Shown in pieces: positions 52,579 to 61,736 of a DNA stretch of 64,000 bases. Position 1 is the stretch's first letter. Every line of letters begins with the position of its first letter. The notes beneath the pieces were generated by a model. The model was not told the origin of the DNA and did no database searches. It saw nothing but the letters and a program-made list of their open reading frames with translations. Both the position numbers and the translations under genes were made by a program. Origin of the DNA: an uncultured Verrucomicrobiae bacterium (lineage in GTDB: Bacteria > Verrucomicrobiota > Verrucomicrobiia > Limisphaerales > JAFGQR01); NCBI GenBank assembly GCA_963788655.1, contig CAWBHS010000072.1:64001-128000 (forward strand), given 5' to 3'.

Positions 52579-53550
52579 ATGATTACCTCGCGCCGTACCT
52601 TTCTGCGATACTGCTCGCTCAGCGCCGCCGCGCTCGGACTGAACACGGGCAAGTTGGGGCTGTTGCAAAACGCCCTGGCCAATCCCAATGGCCCCTCGGT
52701 GATCTGGTTGATTGGCAGTGCCTGCACCGGATGTTCCGTCTCTTTTCTCAACCGCATTTCCGACAAGGTGGGCGAACCCGCCACAGTGGCCGAAGTGCTG
52801 ACCGAAGCTGTGAACCTAGTGTTCCATCCCACCATTATGGGGGCGGCGGGAGAAACCTCGGTGGCGGCCCTCAAACGAGTGTACAACAGTGGCAATTATG
52901 TATTGGTGCTGGAAGGCGCCGTGCCGACCGCCTTCGGGGGCCATCCCTGTGTGGTGTACAGTTACAACGGGGTCGAAGTGACCTTCCAACAAGCGGTTCA
53001 GGAACTGTCGGCCCGGGCCAACGCCGTGGTTTGCGTGGGGACTTGTGCGTCCTTCGGCGGCATCCCGGCTTCCGGCTCCAACCCCACGAAAGCGATGAGT
53101 GTGCGGCAACTCACCGGTCGGCCGACCATCAACATTTCCGGCTGTCCAGCGAACCCGGACTGGGTGGTTTGGGCCATCGTGCAATTAATCCTCGGCGCCC
53201 CGGTGCCGCTCGATGAAGACGGACGCCCGATTGCCATTTACAGCACGGATCATCAAGGGGCGGCGGCGGAACCGTTCATTCATGACAAATGCCCGCGCAA
53301 TCCCGGCCTGCATGGCGTCCTGGAAGCCGAAAATTTCGGTGAACAAGGCCATTGTCTGCGCTATTTGGGGTGCCGGGGTCCGTTCACTAAATCTCGCTGC
53401 GAAGCGTCCTGGAACGGCATTGGCGGGAACACCTATCCCGATCCCCACCCCGGCAACTGGTGCATCGGAGTCAATGCTCCATGCCATGGTTGCGTGGAAA
53501 AAACGTTTCCCGGTCCGCAATCGTTTTCCGAAAACTACAATCCCGAATAA
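52579..53550 (+). CDS. [NiFe]-hydrogenase small subunit, Tat-exported, group 1a-like
   Basis: SRRTFL Tat motif; ACTGC, GTCASFGG, SGCP (proximal cluster); HDKCPR, CLRYLGC (distal); C...WC...PCHGC (medial); no C-terminal TM anchor. Confidence 0.93.
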   Translation: MITSRRTFLRYCSLSAAALGLNTGKLGLLQNALANPNGPSVIWLIGSACTGCSVSFLNRISDKVGEPATVAEVLTEAVNLVFHPTIMGAAGETSVAALKRVYNSGNYVLVLEGAVPTAFGGHPCVVYSYNGVEVTFQQAVQELSARANAVVCVGTCASFGGIPASGSNPTKAMSVRQLTGRPTINISGCPANPDWVVWAIVQLILGAPVPLDEDGRPIAIYSTDHQGAAAEPFIHDKCPRNPGLHGVLEAENFGEQGHCLRYLGCRGPFTKSRCEASWNGIGGNTYPDPHPGNWCIGVNAPCHGCVEKTFPGPQSFSENYNPE

Positions 53551-53568
53551 CCCCCAATTGAGAATCGT

Positions 53569-55034
53569 ATGCCAGTCATCACGGCAGCCATAGATCCGAT
53601 CACCCGCATCGAGGGTCACCTCAAAATCAACGTCAAGGTCGATACGGTGAACGGCGTCCAGCAAGTGGTCGATGCCTTTGCCATCGGCACGCTGTTTCGC
53701 GGTTTCGAAAAACTGCTCGAACAGCGCGATCCGCGGGATGCCACCATCATTACCTCGCGGATATGCGGGGTTTGCCCGAACGTCGCATGCGATGGCTGCG
53801 GCGCTGACGCTCGACCAGGCCTACGGCGTGAACGGCGACACTCTGCCGCGTAGCAATTCCCGGTTGTTGCGCAACTTGGTGCATGGGGCCTGCTACATCG
53901 AATCGGCCATCTTGCACTTTTACCTGCTTTCTCTGCCCGACTTTATTCAAGGGTTGCCGATGGCGCCCTGGCTGCCGGGTTGGGACGTCGGGCGGCGATT
54001 TGATCGCGACACGCAAAATCGCCTGACCGGTCATTTCCTCGAAGCCGTTACCATGCGCCGCAACGCGCACGAAATGGGCGCCATTTATGGGGGCAAATTG
54101 CCCCATACGCCTGGTTACATCATGGGCGGGTTTACGGCGGTTTCCACCCCGGAGAACAAAACCCTCTTCGGGCAATACTTGGACCAGATCATTGCCTTCG
54201 TCGAAAACACCCACATTCCCGATGCGGAATTGCTGGCGTCCCTTTACAGCGAATATCAGACACTCGGCCGGGGCTACGGCAATCTGCTGTCCTTTGGCGT
54301 GTTTCGAATTGGATAACGGGGCCGAACCGCAATTGCTGTTGCCCCGCGGTCGGGTGGAAAACGGTGGTTCAACGGTCCAACCGGTGGACGCGGGGCAAAT
54401 CACCGAACACGTACGCTATTCCTGGTACACCGACAGCGACAACGACAAGAATCCCACGGTGGCCGATACCGTGGCGCAGTATCCGAAAGGTGATGCTTAT
54501 TCGTGGTTGAAAGCGCCCCGTTACAACGGCCTGCCACACGAGTGCGGACCGCTGGCTCGCATGACGGTTTCCGGCGAGTACACCAACGGCATTTCCGCCA
54601 TGGACCGGCATTTGGCGCGGGCGCGCGAGACGCTCAAGATTGCCAAAGCGATGCGCGATTGGCTGGCGGCGGTGACCCCCGGTCAAGGCGGTTACACGCA
54701 TCGTGATGCGCCGGCTTCGGCCACAACGGCGGGATTGACCGAAGCGCCTCGCGGCGCGCTGGGCCACTGGCTGGAGGTAGCGGATGGAAAGATCGCTAAA
54801 TACCAAGTCATCACCCCCACCTGTTGGAATGTGTCACCCAAAGACAGCGCCCAACAGCGTGGTCCACTGGAACAGGCGTTGATCGGTGTGCCGGTCAACA
54901 ACGTGGATAAACCCATCGAAGTGCTGCGGATTGTCCATTCTTTCGATCCCTGCCTGGATTGCGCGACCCATGTCACGCGCGCCGAACCCGGCGCCCAAGT
55001 GTTTGCGCTGGGTGGCCTCCCTGCCAACGTCTGA
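53569..55034 (+). CDS. [NiFe]-hydrogenase large subunit; frameshifts near 53780 and 54305
   Basis: DPITRIEGHL, L1 SRICGVCP, ILHFY, YSWLKAPRY, EAPRGALGHW, PTCWN, L2 SFDPCLDCATH followed by a cleavable tail. Confidence 0.92.
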
Positions 55035-55044
55035 ATCCGCTGAC

Positions 55045-55548
55045 ATGGATGATTCGCCGCGAATCCTGATTGCCGGAGTCGGCAACGTGTTGCTAACCGA
55101 CGACGGGATTGGTGTCCACGCCGCCCGGCAATTGCAGCAGGAGGATCTCACGGGAGTGGAAGTGGTTGAAATCGGTACGGCGATCCTTCACGGGTTGCAC
55201 TTCCTGGAAGGCGCCGACCGGGTTCTGATCATCGACGCCGCACGCGGAGGACAAGCTCCCGGCACGATCTATCGGTTCGACGCGGGCGAGCCGACCTCGC
55301 CCAACCAGTTGCTTTCCGTTCACGCCGTGGGCTTGCAGGAGGCGATCCGGCTGTTGCCACCCGAAGTCCCGCCGCCGGCCATTACCGTGTTGGGCGTTGA
55401 ACCGGAATCACTCGATTGCGGAATGAATTTGTCTCCGCGACTCCAACAAGTGCTGCCGCGCGTGGTTTTCCTGGCCCAGGAAACCGTTGCGGCCTGGAGG
55501 CTGGAAGCTTCGGAAGAATTGGCCAGTTTTGCCGGAACGCTCAGATGA
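55045..55548 (+). CDS. Hydrogenase maturation protease (HyaD/HybD/HycI family)
   Basis: GVGNVLLTDDGIGVH, IIDAA, PGTIY, SVHAVG, LGVEP. Confidence 0.92.
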   Translation: MDDSPRILIAGVGNVLLTDDGIGVHAARQLQQEDLTGVEVVEIGTAILHGLHFLEGADRVLIIDAARGGQAPGTIYRFDAGEPTSPNQLLSVHAVGLQEAIRLLPPEVPPPAITVLGVEPESLDCGMNLSPRLQQVLPRVVFLAQETVAAWRLEASEELASFAGTLR

Positions 55549-55583
55549 ACGCTCCATTTTCGCGACAACCAAAAAGAGTTGCT

Positions 55584-58500
55584 ATGAAGAATCGCTTGAA
55601 ATTCCTGTGCGCCGCGATGTTCGGCCTGGGGCTCGTTGGAACTGCGCCCGCCGCCACCACCGACGGGTCCGTGACCTTCACCGTTACACTTTACAATGCC
55701 GGCGGCAATTATCAGCCGCGACACGTCGATGCCGTGTGGGTGACCGATGACGCCGGGAACTTCATCAAGACCCTGCGCCGCGAAGGCTCGAACTGGTCCG
55801 GCGAAGGTACTCGTCACCTCGATCAATGGCAGGCCACCCGCAATGGCTCCCAAGTTATTGACGGCTACACCGGCGCGACCACCCGGAACTACGATCCGTT
55901 CACCGTCCAATGGAATTGCCGCGATGCGAACAACACGGTGGTGCCGGATGGGGTTTACAAGTTTTTCGTCGAGACGACGGATCGGAACGGCCAGGGTCCC
56001 TGGACTCAGGGTGGGATTGCCTTCACCAAGGGACCGGCACCCCAGACGATTTTTCCTCCCGATTTGCAGTATATTAAGGGGATGCGGCTCGAATACATGC
56101 CGGCGGGGCCGCTGCCACACGATGTGGCAGTGCTGGGGATCGAGCCGCTGGTCTTTGCCAAAAGCACTTTAGCCCGTCCTTATGTGATTGTGACCAACCT
56201 CACGACCACGCCGGACAGCTTCAATCTTTCATTGAGCAACTTGACAACGGGAACACTGATCCGCAATCAGACCGTCAATCTCGCAGCCAATGCCGGCCAA
56301 AGTATTCCCATGCTATGGGTCATTTCCACCACCCCGGTCGGCACTTATCTCCTTGAGGCCAGAGCAACCCCCATCGATGGCGAAACGAGTCTGGCGGACA
56401 ATGTTTTCACCGCCGAGGTAGCCATCCGGACGCCAACGCACGATGTCGGCATTACCGGAATCACTGCATCCGGCGTAATACCTCCGGACACGCTCACCAA
56501 TATCGAAGTGACCGCCAGCAATCTTGGTGATTACGCGGAAACCTTTGCGGTGACCCTGACCGATGTAACCACCTCCATCCTGATTGGTTCCAACCTCGTT
56601 TCCGGATTGGCGGCCGGCGGCGATTCAGTGCAAACCTTTCCTTGGGATACTGCCGGTTTGGCTCCGGGCTATCACACGCTGCGCGCGTCCGCTGCTTCGG
56701 TAACAGGGGAACTCGAATTAGCGAATAACGATTTTGAGCTGATGGTGCCGGTCGCCGCCAGTGTGCAAACGGTGCGACTGGTGCCGATGCAAAGTGTCTG
56801 GCGCTATAATGACACCGGCATTGACCTCACTCAGACGCCCTGGCGGGAACTTGCTTACTACGACACATTCTGGGCGCAAGGACCGGGCCCCTTGGGCTAC
56901 GGTGAACTCAGCGGGCTGAACACGGATACCCTGCAATTCGGTCCCGATTCGGATAACAAGTATCCGACCTACTATTTCCGGCAGACCTTTAACGCCGACT
57001 TCCTGCCGCTGGAATTAACCTTGCGCTTGCGCCGCGACGACGGTGCGGTCGTGTATCTCAACGGTGAGGAAATCGCGCGCGACAATATGCCGGACGGCCT
57101 CATTGCGTTCACCAATCTGGCAACCACGACCATCAGTGGCGCCGCGGAATTGGCCTATTATTCGTTCAGCGTGCCTGCCTCCAAGGTCCGGTCGGGTGCC
57201 AACGTGCTGGCGGTGGAAGTGCATCAAAGCACTCAGGACAGCCCCGACCTTTCCTTCGATTTGGAACTCGAAGCCGTCGTTCCGCAGATCCCCGCCCAGC
57301 ACGAGGTCGCTGCGGTGCAAGTCAGCCCGGTTGCCGATGCTCTGGCTGGCGATCTGATGCCGGTCGCCGTCACCATCACCAACCAGGGCAATATCACCGA
57401 GACGGTTATCGTCATCCTCCAAGACACCACCGCCGATCAGATTTTGGGAACCCAGTCGGTGGGTGATGTGGCGCCCAACTCTGCTGCCTCTGTCCAGTTC
57501 AATTGGCAAACCCTTGGCGCCACGGCCGGCGGCCATCAACTGGCTGCCTACACCGTGGTCAATGGCGTCACCAATCTGGCCGGCACCGCGACCGCCACCG
57601 CGACGATCAGCGGAACCGGCCTCGGGGCGAATGCCGTCAATGCCCTCGGAACCATTGGCGGTCGATGCACTGCGGTGGCCACTTCCGGTAATCACCTGTT
57701 ACTGGGAGCGGGGGCCGCGCTGGAAATTTTCGATAAGTCCACGCCCACCACCCCCGTCAAACTGGCCGCGCTCCGGCTGCCCGGAGTGATTGAAGATATT
57801 GTTGTCGCCGGCTCCGAAGCGTATGTCGCCTGCGGCAATGCGGGAGTTCAGATCGTGAATATTGCCACGCCGGCCAATCCCGTGTATCGCACCACCTTTG
57901 ATTCTTCCGGCCACGCGTACGGCCTGGCGGTTAGCGGCACGTACCTGTATGTCGCCGATGGCGCCAGCGGGTTGCGGATTCTGGACATTTCCAATCCGGC
58001 CTCGCCATCGATTGCCGGCTCGTATCACACGACTGGTCCGGCCCGCGCGGTCGCGGTGTCCGGCTCGACGGCTTACGTTGTCGATTTGCAGAATGGAGTG
58101 GTCGTGCTCAACGTCTCCAGCCCGCAATCGCCCACGCTTCTGGGGGCCAGCAGTGCCTTCGATGCGGGCCAGGCCCTGGCCGTTGCCGGGGCGAATGTTT
58201 ATGTTGTGGATGGCAACCGAATGCTCCACGTCATTGACGTTTCCACACCGAATACGCCCACGGCGGTGGCCAATTTCCTGTTGAGCGCGGTTGGACAAGC
58301 GGTGACACTGGACGGTTCCGTTTTGCACGTCGCGGCCGGCAACTCCGGTTTGTTGACCGTGGATGTGTCCACGCCGTCCGCGCCCGAGGAACTCACCCCG
58401 CAGGCCACGCCGGGTGAAGCCGCCGATGTCACCTTGGATGGCGCCTCCCTTTACCTGGCCGAAGGTTTCGCTGGCTTTCAAGTCTATGATGTTTCCTCAC

Positions 58501-59780
58501 CGACCGCTCCGTCACTCCAAGGTGAATTTGCTGAAGGCGTGCGGGCGGCAGACGTGGTGGTGGCGAATGGCAAAGCTTACGTGGGAGCCGGCGAGGCGGG
58601 ATTGCAGATTTATGATTTGGCCAATCCCGCTGCACCGGTCTTGCTCAGCCGGTTCACCGAGACCGCGAACGCTCGTTGTCTGGCCCTCGCTGGCAACATG
58701 GCGTGCGTCGGTGACAGCCAGTATGGATTGAAATTGGTGGACGTGGCCGATCCGGCTCATCCCGCCTTGCTCGGGACTTTGTTGAGCGCCGACTTGAGTT
58801 ACCTCCGCAGCATTGCCGCCGTCGGCACCCAGGTGATTGTCACGGACGGACGGAAGATTGGATTGGTGGATGCCTCCGATGCCGCGCATCCGGTGCTGAG
58901 TGATACTTACGATGCGCCTGCCTTTGCCTACGCGGTTGCGGTCGCCGGCTCGCACGCTTACGCCGCTTGTGGCAACGCCGGTTTGTTGATTCTCAACGTC
59001 GGGGCCAACAGTCTTTCCTTGGCCGGTTCGTACGACACTCCGGGTTTGGCCCAGGGAGTGGCCGTTGCCGGAACCACGGCGTTTGTGGCGGACGGAGGCA
59101 GCGGTTGGCTGACGTTGGATGTTACTGATCCGGCGGCGCCGGCGTTGCTCCAATCCTCGTCCAGTGAAGGACCGGTCCGCGACATTGCGGTTTCCGGCGT
59201 TCTGGCCGCCCTCGGCAGCGGGGCCAATTCGGCGCAACTGCTGGATGTCACCACTCCGGTCACGCCGGTGCCACAACAAGCCTTTGGACCGCTGGTGCAT
59301 GCCTTGCGGGTGGCTCTGAATGGTCAAGTAACCCTGACCGCCGAAGACGAAGCCGGTGTTGCCATCCTGGGCATGGTTGCCAATCCCGAGGATACCGACC
59401 ACGACGGTTTGCCCGACGACTGGGAAATGCTCATCGTCAACGCGAATCCCAATGATGCCATCACCGGTATTGAAGACGTGCTGCCGACCGATGACTTCGA
59501 CGGCGACTCGCTTTCCAATTACGCCGAATACCTCGCCGGCACATCTGCCACTGACCCAAGTTCCAAATTCATGGTGCAGGTCAACGGCGGCATTGGTGGA
59601 ACCGGCGCCAATCTGCAGTGGGACAGTGTTGCGGGTCGGATTTACACCATTTACCGGACCACCAACTTGGCGGATGGCTTCACCGAGTTGGACAACCATA
59701 TCCCCGCTACCCCGCCGCGGAACACCTATCCGCTCAGCGCCGGCGGCGGCACCGCGTTTTACATCATCAGCGTACGGTAA
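55584..59780 (+). CDS. Large secreted protein: DUF2271-like domain, CARDB/Ig-like repeats, jelly-roll, LVIVD repeats, Ca-binding DxDxDG motifs and C-terminal domain
   Basis: Signal peptide; YQPRHVDAVWVTD...IDGYTGAT...WNCRD...VPDGVY; three HDV/HEV-starting CARDB-like repeats; DDGAVVYLNG...NVLAVEVHQ; >10 repeats such as YLYVADGASGLRILDISNP; DTDHDGLPDDWE; ends FYIISVR. Alternative start ATG 55545 overlaps the protease stop. Confidence 0.88.
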   Translation: MKNRLKFLCAAMFGLGLVGTAPAATTDGSVTFTVTLYNAGGNYQPRHVDAVWVTDDAGNFIKTLRREGSNWSGEGTRHLDQWQATRNGSQVIDGYTGATTRNYDPFTVQWNCRDANNTVVPDGVYKFFVETTDRNGQGPWTQGGIAFTKGPAPQTIFPPDLQYIKGMRLEYMPAGPLPHDVAVLGIEPLVFAKSTLARPYVIVTNLTTTPDSFNLSLSNLTTGTLIRNQTVNLAANAGQSIPMLWVISTTPVGTYLLEARATPIDGETSLADNVFTAEVAIRTPTHDVGITGITASGVIPPDTLTNIEVTASNLGDYAETFAVTLTDVTTSILIGSNLVSGLAAGGDSVQTFPWDTAGLAPGYHTLRASAASVTGELELANNDFELMVPVAASVQTVRLVPMQSVWRYNDTGIDLTQTPWRELAYYDTFWAQGPGPLGYGELSGLNTDTLQFGPDSDNKYPTYYFRQTFNADFLPLELTLRLRRDDGAVVYLNGEEIARDNMPDGLIAFTNLATTTISGAAELAYYSFSVPASKVRSGANVLAVEVHQSTQDSPDLSFDLELEAVVPQIPAQHEVAAVQVSPVADALAGDLMPVAVTITNQGNITETVIVILQDTTADQILGTQSVGDVAPNSAASVQFNWQTLGATAGGHQLAAYTVVNGVTNLAGTATATATISGTGLGANAVNALGTIGGRCTAVATSGNHLLLGAGAALEIFDKSTPTTPVKLAALRLPGVIEDIVVAGSEAYVACGNAGVQIVNIATPANPVYRTTFDSSGHAYGLAVSGTYLYVADGASGLRILDISNPASPSIAGSYHTTGPARAVAVSGSTAYVVDLQNGVVVLNVSSPQSPTLLGASSAFDAGQALAVAGANVYVVDGNRMLHVIDVSTPNTPTAVANFLLSAVGQAVTLDGSVLHVAAGNSGLLTVDVSTPSAPEELTPQATPGEAADVTLDGASLYLAEGFAGFQVYDVSSPTAPSLQGEFAEGVRAADVVVANGKAYVGAGEAGLQIYDLANPAAPVLLSRFTETANARCLALAGNMACVGDSQYGLKLVDVADPAHPALLGTLLSADLSYLRSIAAVGTQVIVTDGRKIGLVDASDAAHPVLSDTYDAPAFAYAVAVAGSHAYAACGNAGLLILNVGANSLSLAGSYDTPGLAQGVAVAGTTAFVADGGSGWLTLDVTDPAAPALLQSSSSEGPVRDIAVSGVLAALGSGANSAQLLDVTTPVTPVPQQAFGPLVHALRVALNGQVTLTAEDEAGVAILGMVANPEDTDHDGLPDDWEMLIVNANPNDAITGIEDVLPTDDFDGDSLSNYAEYLAGTSATDPSSKFMVQVNGGIGGTGANLQWDSVAGRIYTIYRTTNLADGFTELDNHIPATPPRNTYPLSAGGGTAFYIISVR

Positions 59781-60125
59781 CCAACGGCGCGGTTGAGGTC
59801 GTAACCAACGGTAAGGCGGGCGCGGGCAGTCCTCTGCGCGTGGCGGACATGAAGAACTCGTGGATGCATTGCTTTTTCCGGCACAGAACATCCAGCAAGG
59901 GTTGTATGTGATTATTGTCGGCTAAGTGGAGACGCTACAGAGAAGTATGGGCTCGACGGAGTCTCGCCCTACCGGGATTAATTTGCAAACGCGGCGAACA
60001 AAGCGCGCATCTCCTCCTCGACTTGCTCGGGATGCGCCAGGATCCGATGCCAAGATGGCCGCGCGTTCAGGATCCCGCCCATCACCGGTCTTGCGGCCGG
60101 AATATTGCTGGGCTAGGCTGGCGGT

Positions 60126-61536
60126 ATGAAGATTTGGGCGGCGTTATTCTTGACACTGATTACGTTCGGTAGGGCAGGGGAGTCCACGCCCGCGTTGTCC
60201 ATGCCGGCCTAAAAAGGTTTTTATCCTGCCCATTCGTCAGGACATCGATCCGCCGTTGCTTTACTTGGTTCGCCGCGGGGTGAAGGAAGCAATGGAAGCG
60301 CATGCTGGCTTGTTGGTCGTTGATATGGAAACCAACGGTGGGCGTTTGGATACTTGCCGGGAGATCATGGCCATCCTCGGTCAGTTCCCGGGTGAGACGG
60401 TCACTTACGTGAACAAAGATGCTTTTTCGGCCGGTGCGTTCATCGCCGTGGCGACCCAGCACATTTATATGGCGCCGGGGAGCGTGATCGGCGCCGCTGC
60501 CCCGATCATGTTAAGTCCTGGCGGCGAAGGCGTCATGAATGTGCCCGAGACGTACGAGAAGAAAATGATTTCCGCCGTGCGCGCCATGATCCGGACCGTG
60601 GCCGAGAAGAACGGGTATAACGTCGATGTCCTCGAAGCCATGATTGACAAGGACAAGGGCCTGACCGTTGACGGCCAGGTTATCCTCAAAGAAGGCAATT
60701 TGCTCACTCTGACCAACACCGAGGCCGAGAAGGAATACGGCAAACCACCCAAACCGCTGCTCTCTTCCGGCACGGTGGCCAGCCTGGACAAACTGCTCGA
60801 CAAGCTTGGCTACGCGAACGCCGAACGCCATGAGATCAAGACGACCGGCATGGAGGACGTGGGATTCTGGCTCAACAAGATTGCGCCGATCTTGCTCATC
60901 ATCGGCATTGTTGGGTTCTATGTCGAATTCAAGACGCCGGGCTTTGGTATCGCCGGGATCATCGGGATCATCGCCCTGGCGCTTTACTTTTCCGGCAGCT
61001 ACCTGGCGGGGCTTTCCGGGATGGAATGGGTGCTGGTGTTTGGGCTCGGCATCGTGCTGGTGATCCTGGAGTTGTTCGTTTTTCCAGGCACCATTGCGTT
61101 GGGCCTGGGTGGGGCGGCCTTGATGTTGGTGGCCATCATCATGGCCGGCGTGGACATTTATCCGGGCGAGCCAACCATTCCGTCACTGCCGAAGTTCACG
61201 AATTCAATGCACAATTTGACCATCGCCATCGTCTTCTCGCTGATTATTATCCTGATCCTGAGTCGGCTCCTGCCGCGCACCCCGCTCTACAAGGTGCTCG
61301 TCTCGGAAGGTGCCAGCGGCGTGCGCTCCGAAGCACAGCAACAGCAGGAGCGTAGCGTATTGCTCGGCCAAGTCGGCGTCGCCGTCTCCAACCTTCGCCC
61401 CGGGGGCAAAGGGCAGTTCGGAGACCAAATTATCGACGTGATTTCGCAGGGCGATCTGGTGGACAAAGGCACGCGCGTTCGCATAATCGACTTCAGTGCC
61501 CGCGAGGCGATCGTCGAGGTCGTCTCGGAAGGGTGA
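60126..61536 (+). CDS. nfeD: NfeD family membrane-bound serine protease; frameshift near 60200 separates the signal peptide
   Basis: MKIWAALFLTLITFG then PKKVFILPIRQDID; METNGG, AFSAGAFIA, MAPGSVIGAA, EFKTPGFG, ELFVFPG, LRPGG...DVISQGD OB domain. Confidence 0.88.
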
Positions 61537-61736
61537 TTTTACGTTCGGGCTGCTCGGTAACAAGGAGGAAGCCGATGGCCGCTCGATTGTCGGAAGAGAA
61601 ATCCGGTGCTGGCTAAAACCGAAATCCGAAGCGGACGCTGCCTTTGCGTTTCTTCGAGTTTATTGCGGCTGGATTGCTCCTTTCGGAGTGCAATTTTCGA
61701 TTTGCAGTCTTGGGTGGTTCTTCCGCACCTTCCGGC

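Noticed and set aside
54940..54975. Selenocysteine-containing [NiFeSe] hydrogenase
   Set aside because: Both L2 cysteines are encoded by TGC; no in-frame TGA
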